Of a stretch of 64,000 bases of DNA, positions 25,789-35,931 are shown piece by piece. Position numbers and translations under genes: made by a program. The stretch is from Macrostomum hystrix. Lineage: Eukaryota; Animalia; Platyhelminthes. The number at the start of each line of letters is the position of its first letter. The first letter of the stretch is position 1. The stretch is taken from contig CATNEN010000038.1 of NCBI GenBank assembly GCA_950097015.1, positions 9,114,001 to 9,178,000 on the forward strand, written 5' to 3'. The notes beneath the pieces were generated by a model, which had not been told where the DNA came from, made no database searches, and was given only the letters and a program-made list of their open reading frames with translations.

Positions 25789-26939
25789 CTAAATGTCCAT
25801 GTATTCTTCGCTGTCGCTGTCATCGTCGCGGACGAAGCTGCGCTGCTGGCGCCAACCGACGCCGCCTCCGGTAGCAGTTTGCACAGTTTGCTCGCCCGGT
25901 GCCGGGTCGGGCTGACCGCTCGACTGTGCCTGCTGACTGCCCGCGGGCGACTCCGCAGACGTGTGGACGCTGGAGTCCAAGCCGAGGGCCGTGAGATCCA
26001 TCTGGCGTAGCTCCTCGTCCATCATGGTGAAGACTGCGGTCAGGAGCGCCGGGTTGCGTTGGAACTCCGGCCAGTCGGTCAGGCTGTTGCGCTGGAGCCG
26101 CTCCCGCCAGTGCGGCGGCATGTTGACGAATCTTCGGCTGCAGTGGTCAAACCAGACGACTGGCGGCGGCCGCTCCTGCTGCTGTGCCTCGACACGTTGA
26201 CAGCGTGACTGGCGGGAGTCCAGGGCCGTGCGATTCAGCTGGAGGATTTGAGGATGCCAGATGGCTTAGTAATCAAATCCTACACAGGCTTAGAGATCTC
26301 ATTCTGGCAAGCATACATGCAACTTGTACTCTCGACAAAGTCAGTACGAGTACTGCAACACGCGAGTCATAATGAAATGCAATTCTTGATTGATTCCTGA
26401 GCACAAACTCGCACAGGTGTGCGCACCTGCCCTGACATGGTCTCATTGGTGCAAATTCAGTAAGGAACGACTTTAACCTGAGGGAGGTTGTGACTGAAAC
26501 ATTTTACAATGGTCCAGATTTAAAGGCTCCTCACCGAGCTCCAACGTGCCGACGAGTCGGCCTCGGCAATTTGATCCTTCGGTCGGCCGCTGGGCGACAA
26601 AGTCGATGACGACCCAGCGCCATCGGCCTGCCGTTGGTTCGTCTTCTCGGGGACTGTCGGCAAGGAGAGCATCGAGCTGGCTGGCAGAGATGCGAATGAC
26701 GTCACAGGCTTTGCCTCGGGCAGGGTGAGCTGCAGGCGACTCCGAAACTCAGGCAGCCACTTGTCGGGGACGCCCAAGAAGTTGCCGGATAGCGAGTCGT
26801 AGCTGACGTGCAGGGTTCGCTTCACGAGCTGCGGCGTTGAGATTCTGTGCTCGGAGCCTCGGCCACAGGTGTCCAAGGGTAGCCAGCTGGCCACGGCTTG
26901 TCTCGCTCTCTCGAGGCGCTCTCTAATATCTTTGGGCAT
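25789..26939 (-). CDS. Protein with two degenerate PAK-type PBD/CRIB-autoinhibitory-like modules and no kinase domain; 2 exons (26939-26535, 26238-25789), ~284 aa
   Basis: Module 1 is ISTPQLVKRTLHVSYDSLSGNFLGVPDKW. Module 2 is VVWFDHCSRRFVNMPPHWRERLQRNSLTDWPEFQRNPALLTAVF. Both resemble PAK [54 protein letters not shown]. Donor TCG|GTGAGG and acceptor tcctccag|CTG are both phase 0 and join in frame. Confidence 0.72.
26392..26450 (-). mobile_element. SINE family A internal fragment
   Basis: tcctgagcaca..cacaggtgtg..cctgccctgac matches the family A body. Confidence 0.55.
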
Positions 26940-27925
26940 TCCTTGCTAGCAGAGCTTTTGTAGCAGATTTCTGTTATTAGCCAGCCCGTTCTGATCCAGC
27001 TGGCCTGTGTCACCCGCCTGCGCTGTACTCAACTCAGACAATGGAACTGCAAAAGCGAGTTCAGCCGAGAATAGGAAAAAATTCAAATTTACTGTAAAAA
27101 GAGCCCGCGTTCAGCTCTCTTGAGTTGTTCGCTCTCTGCGATTCTGCAGCTGCAGCTGCGCAGTCTGGCCTGGAATTGTCTTGACACGAAATCTCTCTTT
27201 CCTGCTTTCTGTCTGCCCCTATCTTAGCTGGTTCGGGTTAATAAATTCTGACTGGCAGAACATGCAGATGGCTATAGTTCTGTCTACTGGGGTCCACTGG
27301 GCTTAACCATACAGGACTAGAACCAATGAAAACGGCTCAATTAGCATGCTAGGTCAGTGCATGTTGTGCAGGTCTTTAGTCATAATTTTTGCTATGCTAA
27401 TTTGTTATTTAACTCATTAACAGTGCATTGACCTGTGGCTATTTCATAGACATATTCCCAGTATATGACTTATCCGCTCTTATCCAATGAAATTATTTCC
27501 AGAATCACAAAACACCGGCATCGTCGAGATATTCAACGATTCTCTTGGGGTCGTCAGATAGCCAATTTAAGGAAAAGCGACTGTAGAAAGCACAGCAGTC
27601 GTTGCAAGCTCATATTGTTTGGTAATCTGGTGACAGCGCTTCACTGTAGTTGCGATTTTGTTTGAAAAATTGCTTAAATTAGAAGCGAAAAGTTTCTAAG
27701 AACAGCCCAGAACAGATCAACTTTGAAACAGCCATCTATGGTATGCTGTGCTTTTGTTTATTTAAAGCAACAACCTCACTATAAAGCCACTCTTTCCTGA
27801 ACAATTTCCTATGCTTTAACACAGCGATTAGAAGCAAGAGATTTACTGTATCAGATTGCAGCTAGCCTACTTCAAGTAGTCTTATGGGAGCAGGCTGAAA
27901 ACTATTGACATGATTAAAATACTTG

Positions 27926-30900
27926 TCACAGCAGCGCTTGGAACTCTGGGTATTGGGGCTCTAGATCAAGCTCAGGGTTAGAAGTTTGAGTCGACTGCTG
28001 CTTTGGCTGCTGCTGCTCTTGCTCACGGCTAGCTGAATGGCCATCTATCTCCTGCTCATTTCTAGCTGCAAATGACGGTTGGGAAAATAATGGCAATTCA
28101 TTAGAGAATGTCCATGGCATTATCTCACTGCCCAATATATTTCATTCTCTCACCTTGACCCAAGTCTCACCGTCAACTCTCTCACCTTGACCCAAGTCTC
28201 ACCGTCAACTCTCTCACCTTGACCCAAGTCTCACCGTCAACTCTCTCACCTTGACCCAAGTCTCACCGTCAACTCTCTCACCTTGACCCAAGTCTCACCG
28301 TCAACTCTCTCACCTTGACCCAAGTCTCACCGTCAACTCTCTCACCTTGACCCAAGTCTCACCGTCAACTCTCTCACCTAAAAGTCGCCCAGTAACGCCA
28401 CTCGACTCATCCGCCGCCGTCGCCCCAGTTGCCGTTGCGGCTCCGCACGACGACGATGCGACGCGTCGCCTACGTCGCTGCCAGCGTCGCCGAAGTCGAC
28501 CGCGTCCTGCCGCCTCGAGCGACTCGCATTCGCTGCAAAAGCTGCCCGAAGCTGAACAGTGGTCTTCGCTGTCGCTGTCATCCTCGCCGATGTTGGTGTC
28601 ACTGCTGCTGCCGCTGCTGCTGCTGCTGCTAGGACTGCTACTGCTGCTGATGCTGCTGCTGTTGCTGTTACTTGCGCACTTCAGGCTGTTTCCAGCTTTG
28701 TTACCTGCTGATTTGAAATCGGAAAAATTTAAACATGCTTTCCTAAACACCTGAGTAGTCTATCCAAACACCTGAGTAGTCTATCCAAACACCTGAGTAG
28801 TCTATCCAAACGCCTGAGTAGTCTATCCAAACACCTGAGTAGTCTATCCAAACGCCTGAGTAGTCTATCCAAACACCTGAGTAGTCTATCCAAACACCTG
28901 AGTAGTCTATCCAAACGCCTGAGTAGTCTATCCAAACACCTGAGTAGTCTATCCAAACGCCTGAGTAGTCTATCCAAACGCCTGAGTAGTCTATCCAAAC
29001 ACCTGAGTAGTCTATCCAAACACCTGAGTAGTCTATCCAAACACCTGAGTAGTCTATCCAAACGCCTGAGTAGTCTATCCAAACACCTGAGTAGTCTATC
29101 CAAACACCTGAGTAGTCTATCCAAACACCTGAGTAGTCTATCCAAACACCTGAGTAGTCTATCCAAACGCCTAAGTAGTCTATCCAAACACCTGAGTAGT
29201 CTATCCAAACGCCTGAGTAGTCTATCCAAACACCTGAGTAGTCTATCCAAACACCTGAGTAGTCTATCCAAACACCTGAGTAGTCTATCCAAACGCCTGA
29301 GTAGTCTATCCAAACACCTGAGTAGTCTATCCAAACGCCTGAGTAGTCTATCCAAACACCTGAGTAGTCTATCCAAACGCCTGAGTAGTCTATCCAAACA
29401 CCTGAGTAGTCTATCCAAACGCCTGAGTAGTCTATCCAAACACCTGAGTAGTCTATCCAAACGCCTGAGTAGTCTATCCAAACGCCTGAGTAGTCTATCC
29501 AAACACCTGAGTAGTCTATCCAAACGCCTGAGTAGTCTATCCAAACGCCTGAGTAGTCTATCCAAACACCTGAGTAGTCTATCCAAACGCCTGAGTAGTC
29601 TATCCAAACACCTGAGTAGTCTATCCAAACGCCTGAGTAGTCTATCCAAACACCTGAGTAGTCTATCCAGACACCTGAGTAGTCTATCCAAACGCCTGAG
29701 TAGTCTATCCAAACGCCTGAGTAGTCTATCCAAACACCTGAGTAGTCTATCCAAACACCTGAGTAGTCTATCCAAACACCTGAGTAGTCTATCCAGACAC
29801 CTGAGTAGTCTATCCAAACGCCTGAGTAGTCTATACAAAGCGAGTATTAAACGAAATATGTAAATCGATGACTTAAGTTCAGATTTCACAGTAAAGTAAT
29901 GTAGTCACAGTGTCACAAAACAGACTGCTTATGCCTTTATTAGGTGCTGTTTATGAGTTTCGGAAATAGAGCTATATCCCTCGGGGCGGGGAACGTCTGT
30001 CAGCGCCGGTCTCTAGGATAAACAACTATCCCCTATCCAAGTAGCAGATCGAGCTCAGATTCCCAGTTTTTTTGGGGACGAGTTGGTTATGAGGAATGAG
30101 GAAGAATTTTCCTTGCTCATCAATCCCAATTATCTGGAGAGAGAAGTGCGAAGCATGAGAAAAAGAACAGATACTGTTCTGAAGCTTGAATGATGGACAC
30201 CTTGTTTTCGTGAACGTGTGTTTTTATGACAGAATTAGCTAGGGTGGGTGTCTCGAATCCCCGATCCATGGACTGAAAATTTGTACACAACTTATCGATA
30301 TAGCTGCGGCTGTGACAAAGATTGAACATCTGATCTAACGTAGGTCATAACCACAGCGACAAGGATGCCAAAAATGTTTGGAAAAACCTGGAGAATCAGA
30401 TCCTAATTTATTTACATCCAACTATATTCAGGAGAAAATGAGCTTCTTCGATACCTTTTTTACAACCGTCAGCGACACACAATATACACCTGTCAGCCAA
30501 TCAGAGACACCCAATATACACCTGTCAGCCAATCAGAGACACCCAATGTACACCTGTCAGCCAATCAGAGACACCCAATGTACACCTGTCAGCCAATCAG
30601 AGACACCCAATATACACCTGTCAGCCAATCAGAGACACCCAATGTACACCTGTCAGAGAATCAGAGACACCCAATGTACACCTGTCACAGAATCAGAGAC
30701 ACCCAATGTACACCTGTCACAGAATCAGAGACACCCAATGTACACCTGTCAGAGAATCAGAGACACCCAATGTACACCTGTCAGCCAATCAGAGACACCC
30801 AATATACACCTGTCAGCCAATCAGCGACACCCAATGTACACCTGTCAGAGAATCAGAGACACCCAATGTACACCTGTCAGAGAATCAGAGACACCCAATG

Positions 30901-31683
30901 TACACCTGTCAGCCAATCAGCGACATGAAGTCAGCGTGGCTTGCAGAGAGAAAAGATTTTTAGAGCAGGCCAAGCCTAGCTCTCTCAATAAATACAAGTT
31001 TATTTTCCAGCCTGACTAGGCTGACCAATCAGACGCTACCTCTGGGCGTGCACGCGCTCCAGAGTACGCACATGCGCGAGTACACTCCGAGAGAGAGAAA
31101 GAGAGAAATAGCACCCTCAATCCCCCACTCTGCACTGAAAGCGAAACGCAGTCACCACACCCAACCTGTCAGACGATTAGCAATACCCAGTGTACACCTG
31201 TCAGCCAATCAGCGACACCCAACCTGTCAGACGATTAGCAACACCCAGTGTACACCTGTCAGCCAATCAGCGTCACCCAACCTGTCAGCCAATCAGCGAC
31301 ACCCAACCTGTCAGCCAATCAGCGAAAACCAATGTACACCTGTCCGAAAGCTCACCACCGAGGATCTGACTGGTCAGACATTCAGGGAGCATCCTGGCGG
31401 GGCAGACAACAACGCGAACTCGTCGACAGCGTCCGTTTCGCTGCATGTGCTGGCAAATGGCAAGGTGCAGGCTGTTTAGAGCGAACCAGCGACCGTTCTG
31501 GCGAACCACCTGCAGCTTGGGATAGCCGGAGTCGTGGCTGAGCAGGCGTCGGGAATATTCCGCTAGATCAATGTCGTTTAGTCGACGCCGGCAGTCTTCG
31601 TCAGCGTCCGCAGTCAGCCGTGAGATGTAGCTGATCTCCGAAGGGTTCAGGAAGGTCGCCCGGCCTGTGCTTCCCGAAGCCAT
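27926..31683 (-). CDS. Uncharacterised protein: N-terminal ParB/sulfiredoxin-like domain (degenerate) + Ser/acidic/Arg-rich tail; 3 exons (31683-31356, 28707-28378, 28065-27926), ~265 aa
   Basis: GC-rich ORF segments joined by phase-1 GT-AG introns (G|GTGAGC; aatcag|CAG NAGNAG; G|GTGAGA; tttgcag|CT); total 798 nt. The pattern LNPSEISY...YPKLQVVRQNGRWFALNSLHLAICQHMQRNGRCRRVRVVV resembles the PSEIRYSQ...IP.I.V....G.W...DNRRL family. The domain call is from memory and tentative. Confidence 0.62.
28146..28378. repeat. 32-bp tandem repeat (ctctcaccttgacccaagtctcaccgtcaact), ~7 copies, includes the exon 2 donor
   Basis: Perfect tandem copies. Confidence 0.96.
28744..29835. repeat. 21-bp minisatellite (aaac[a/g]cctgagtagtctatcc), ~52 copies
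   Basis: Tandem array; source of the LRRLDRL ORF. Confidence 0.97.
30236..30315 (+). mobile_element. Degenerate SINE family B fragment
   Basis: ggtgggtgt..cccc.atccatggactgaa..tgtac..atagctgcgg. Confidence 0.5.
30468..30925. repeat. 32-bp minisatellite (cagagacacccaatgtacacctgtcagccaat); related degenerate copies at 31155-31345
   Basis: Tandem array in intron 1 of the 27926-31683 gene. Confidence 0.94.
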
Positions 31684-31721
31684 CGGATCTGGCTCTGAGT
31701 TGATTGATCGACTGAGGTGCT

Positions 31722-32425
31722 AGATTGACTTGGTTGATAGATTGACTTGGTTGATAGATTGACTTGGTTGATAGATTGACTTGGTTGATAGATTGACTTG
31801 GTTGATAGATTGACTCAAACCGGGTTGATAGATTGACTGGGTTGATTGATTGACTGGGTTGATAGATTGACTGGTTTGATAGATTGACTGGGTTGATAGA
31901 TTGACTGGTTTGATAGATTGACTGGGTTGATAGATTGACTGGTTTGATAGATTGACTGGGTTGATAGATTGACTGGTTTGATTGATTGACTGGTTTGATA
32001 GATTGACTGGGTTAATTGATTGACTGGGTGGATAGATTTACTGGTTTGATAGATTGACTGGGTTGATAGATTGACTGGGTTGATAGATTGACTGGTTTGA
32101 TTGATTGACTGGTTTGATAGATTGACTGGGTTGATAGATTGACTGGTTTGATAGATTGACTGGGTTGATAGATTGACTGGTTTGATTGATTGACTGGTTT
32201 GATAGATTGACTGGGTTAATTGATTGACTGGGTGGATAGATTGACTGGGTTGATAGATTGACTGGTTTGATTGATTGACTGGTTTGATAGATTGACTGGG
32301 TTGATTGATTGACTGGGTTGATTGATTGACTGGGTTGATTGATTGACTGGGTTGATTGATTGACTGGGTTGATTGATTGACTGGGTTGATTGATGGACTG
32401 GTTTGCTAGATTGACTCGGTTGATA
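31722..32425. repeat. 17-bp minisatellite (ttgatagattgactggg)
   Basis: Tandem array ending ~40 nt upstream of the ATG at 31683 (minus strand). Confidence 0.95.
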
Positions 32426-32751
32426 ATTTAGTATAATGATGGATTAACTTAGTTTTCGTCTGGGCCTACTCACCAGTTTCTTTCGAACTTCGACTGTATA
32501 TCGCTTTGCTTCAAAATTCACTCCGTAATGGATAAGCGGCCGACACATTTGCTTGAAATGCGGATTCAAAGCAGCTCAATAACGGCTTGCTCATTGTGCA
32601 TAAATGAGGCCTCGCATTGGCAAGAGAAGGCATTGAACTGCTCAGCCATTTGATCATGCGCTCCATTGGCTGCCTGCTCAAACTGTGCTCAGCTCTTTTG
32701 TGTTCGTCTGACGAATCCGTAACTCGGAGATCTAACGTCCAAATGTAAGGA

Positions 32752-33042
32752 TAATAATAAATTATTACACCGGCCCCAATTGGGCCAGATGTGCAGCCGA
32801 CAGCCCTACCGCAGCTATTGCGCGGCGCATCTGAAGGCTGCGTACAGCTGTTCAGTCCATGGACTGGGGGGGGACGCCACACCCACCTTCAATTATCCCA
32901 GCTAATGCTGGTACCCATTTAACAGCTGGGTGAACTGAAGCAATGCAAAGTTAAGTGTCTTGCTGTAGGGCAAAGATTTTTCGATTGGAGTCGGGAATCG
33001 AACCTCTGACCTTTAAGTCGTTAGTCCGACGCTGTGAACACG
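32752..33042 (-). mobile_element. SINE family B (tRNA head + CORE-like domain), near full length
   Basis: On the minus strand: B-box ggttcgattcccgact; CORE-like tgccct..agcaagacacttaact; cattgcttcagttcacccagctgttaaatgggtacc; 3' hairpin and (TTA)n tail. Confidence 0.88.
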
Positions 33043-33874
33043 CTTTATGTATAGAAGTCCTGACCTAATTAACTTGTTAGAATTCTCTATTGCACCTGTA
33101 AGCGACACCTGGTGCCATAGACATTGAAGAAGCGCAACATGTGGCTCATTATTGATAGATTGATACAGTACACTAATCCAAGATTTGCATGACATAAAAC
33201 TCTCAGAGTTAATTAAAAGTCCATCTGATTTAAGAGCGGCTTTCATCTCTAGCACGAAGCAGCAACTCAATCTGTGTTCTCGTGTCCGGCAAGGCTATTC
33301 CCGCTTTGTCATGTCCCATTTCGCCCCTCGGCGTCCCTGGGGTATCTGGATGGGGATGGGGTGGGTTTCGCTTCATCACACAATTATGCATGCGAACTCT
33401 CTTGCCCGCAGTTGCCAGACAGATTTTGAGCACGACCGAGAAAATAGAGACAGAGACAGTGTAGGGAAGAAAGGACAGTGATCGAGACTTGCATCGTCAA
33501 TAAGTTTGGCATGCATGATGTTGGTCCCAATGGAACCGATATGCAAGCATACAGTGTGTGTGTTTGTGTGTGTGCATATATATTTATACATATACAGACA
33601 CTCCGGACCAAGGATTTTTGGGATTAGTCTGTAGGCTGAAGGAGGTCAGTAGCCGCCTATTCGTATTTCTGCTCTCTACTGAACACAATTTTTTTTATTT
33701 TATCTAGCCGTTTAATAAAATTGATTTGGCCAGAAAAAACTAATCGATTTTTAAAATATTGATGACCATTTCAATAGTTTGGACATAGACATAAAGCACA
33801 ATTGACATTCTAAGAGCGTGATTTAACATTGTGGGGCTAAGTAAGCTGTTGAGGGCCGACCCACAAGGCACAGG

Positions 33875-33948
33875 CAGATGTACAGTGCAGATGTACAGTG
33901 CAGATGTACAGTGCAGATGTACAGTGCAGATGTACAGTGCAGATGTAC
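33875..33948. repeat. 13-bp tandem repeat (tacagtgcagatg), ~5.5 copies
   Basis: Perfect short array. Confidence 0.9.
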
Positions 33949-35931
33949 ACACATGTTGGAGCGACTGGGCCATAGAAATACCTCCACAAAATATATAATA
34001 AGCCTGCAATTTCTTATAGCCTCAAAGGTTTGTCTAAAACATGCTTATATTGCGCGACAAGCTCCCAAGCCTCACGCCTCGCATATCTCAAAATTATTTT
34101 TCAATTCTTCTTTCGAAAAAAACACTTGCCAGATGTGTGTCGAGAGCCTTGTGTACTTCCACCACCTATAGTAGTGTTGCATGAAACACCTGCGCTGTAA
34201 CAAATAATGGAAGATCCACATTTATATAGCTGAGGATAGGCCTATTCTAAAATGTCAGTTAGTCTTTTTTTCTAAGCCCCAACAAAATAAAAAGCATTTT
34301 TTCTGCAACAATAACGCACGTGATGCCTAGGATTTGATGCATTGTTTTTAGCACGCTCGATTTCTTAGTCAAAGCCTAAACTGCTCAAAGTGCAGTGCTC
34401 AGAGAGAAGGGTACATTGTCTGCATCTCGCTGTACGCGTCACGCAGCTGCAGCTCAAAGCCGAACACTTCTCAACAGCCTCTCCAGTTCTCAACAAGCCC
34501 GACTGTACTTTTTTGCCTTCAAAGCAATTCCCAGCAAAGATGCTAGCACAAAACCTCATAGTGCTTTCCCCATTTTTTAAAGCGAGAAGCGGTGCAGCTA
34601 CCGCTTCAAGCAACGCATGCGATAGAATTTCATTGTGACGATGGAAAGAAAGGCTGCTATAATCACATGGGATTAGCGACTGAGGGACGGGAAATATTTG
34701 GGTCTTATTCGCCTAAAAAATGGCACCCGAAGCAACTATCGCTGCACTAGCACCTTGCCATTCGATTGGAAAACCAACTGCTAGAAGCGGATTGCAAAGT
34801 ACTTAGCGAAATTGACTCAACTCAAAGACAAGGACGAGTCTATTAAGACTCAAGCTGCCATTTGCTAATTGTAAAGCGCGCAGTGGTTGCTCATTCTTGA
34901 ACTTGCTCCAAAGAGAAGAAATTGTGTGCGACATTTGAGTCGTCAAACATCCAGCCGAGTGTATTGCTCGAAAAAGTTTCTTATTGAAGTAAAAAGCGGA
35001 AGCAGTTCTGATAAGAAATACTTAGTGTCAGATGGATGGCCTGTTGAAACTACTCGCATGCTTAAAACGAGCAATAAAAAACTGAGTTCATTTATCAAAA
35101 AAAAGTTTCGGATTTCTAGTTTGGACGCTAAATAAGCGCTAGTAAGCGTCGATTATGCAGATTAAAAAACAACAACAAATACGCTGACAGTAGTAAGACG
35201 CGGAAGTTAAGCGGCTAAGCTTGTAGAAAATGTGAATTTTGTGGCAGTTCATGCAGCCTAAAGTTTAAAAAGAGTGGCTAACTAGGTTTCTAAGAAATTT
35301 AGACCCGATCCCAATTTGTTCCCAAAATAGCTCAGGGTGATCAGACTGAGGATTTCCAGGACAGAGCAGCCCAGCTGACTGTCTGGGCCTTGATGATCCA
35401 GTGGCGGCTTGGCGAGTTTCTCAGAGGCAGCCTCCGGCAGGTGAATGGGGGGCAGTCGAAAATTAACGGTTGGTGACGCAGACAATTGTTAGTGAAGACT
35501 GAGATGCGGCACATTGGGTAGGAGGAGAGAGAGACACGAAACAATCCAACTTTGTTTGAGGCGTTTCGATTCGAAGAGTTCTAATAAAACATCTGCTAAA
35601 CATTGGATGCAATGTGCCTGTCACCTGCCTATCAGATAGAACGTTTTGAATGCTTAAAAGGGTTAAGCAAGGCTACAGAGAGCGAGAAATCAATCGTCAC
35701 AAAAATTGTTGCTAGTTAAAAAAATTGCAGAAGCTCCACAGAGCGGTTCTCCTCCTTGCTTTTTGTCCGTCAGTTGGCGAAAGTTCCTCTAAAATGATTG
35801 TTGCGAAAGCTGACTGCGAGCTGGAAAAAACTTAATACGCATATAACTGTAAATTTGTTTACAAAAAAACTAGCTTACCATAAAACTCGCTTAGCCTCAG
35901 CCGTTCATCAAGGCTGCTCATTGTTGCTCGG

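Noticed and set aside
28729-29889. 386-aa LRRLDRL heptad ORF
   Set aside because: 21-bp minisatellite inside a phase-consistent intron; no flanking splice support.
34365-35544. Several short ORFs downstream of Mhc
   Set aside because: No recognisable domains or consistent exon structure.
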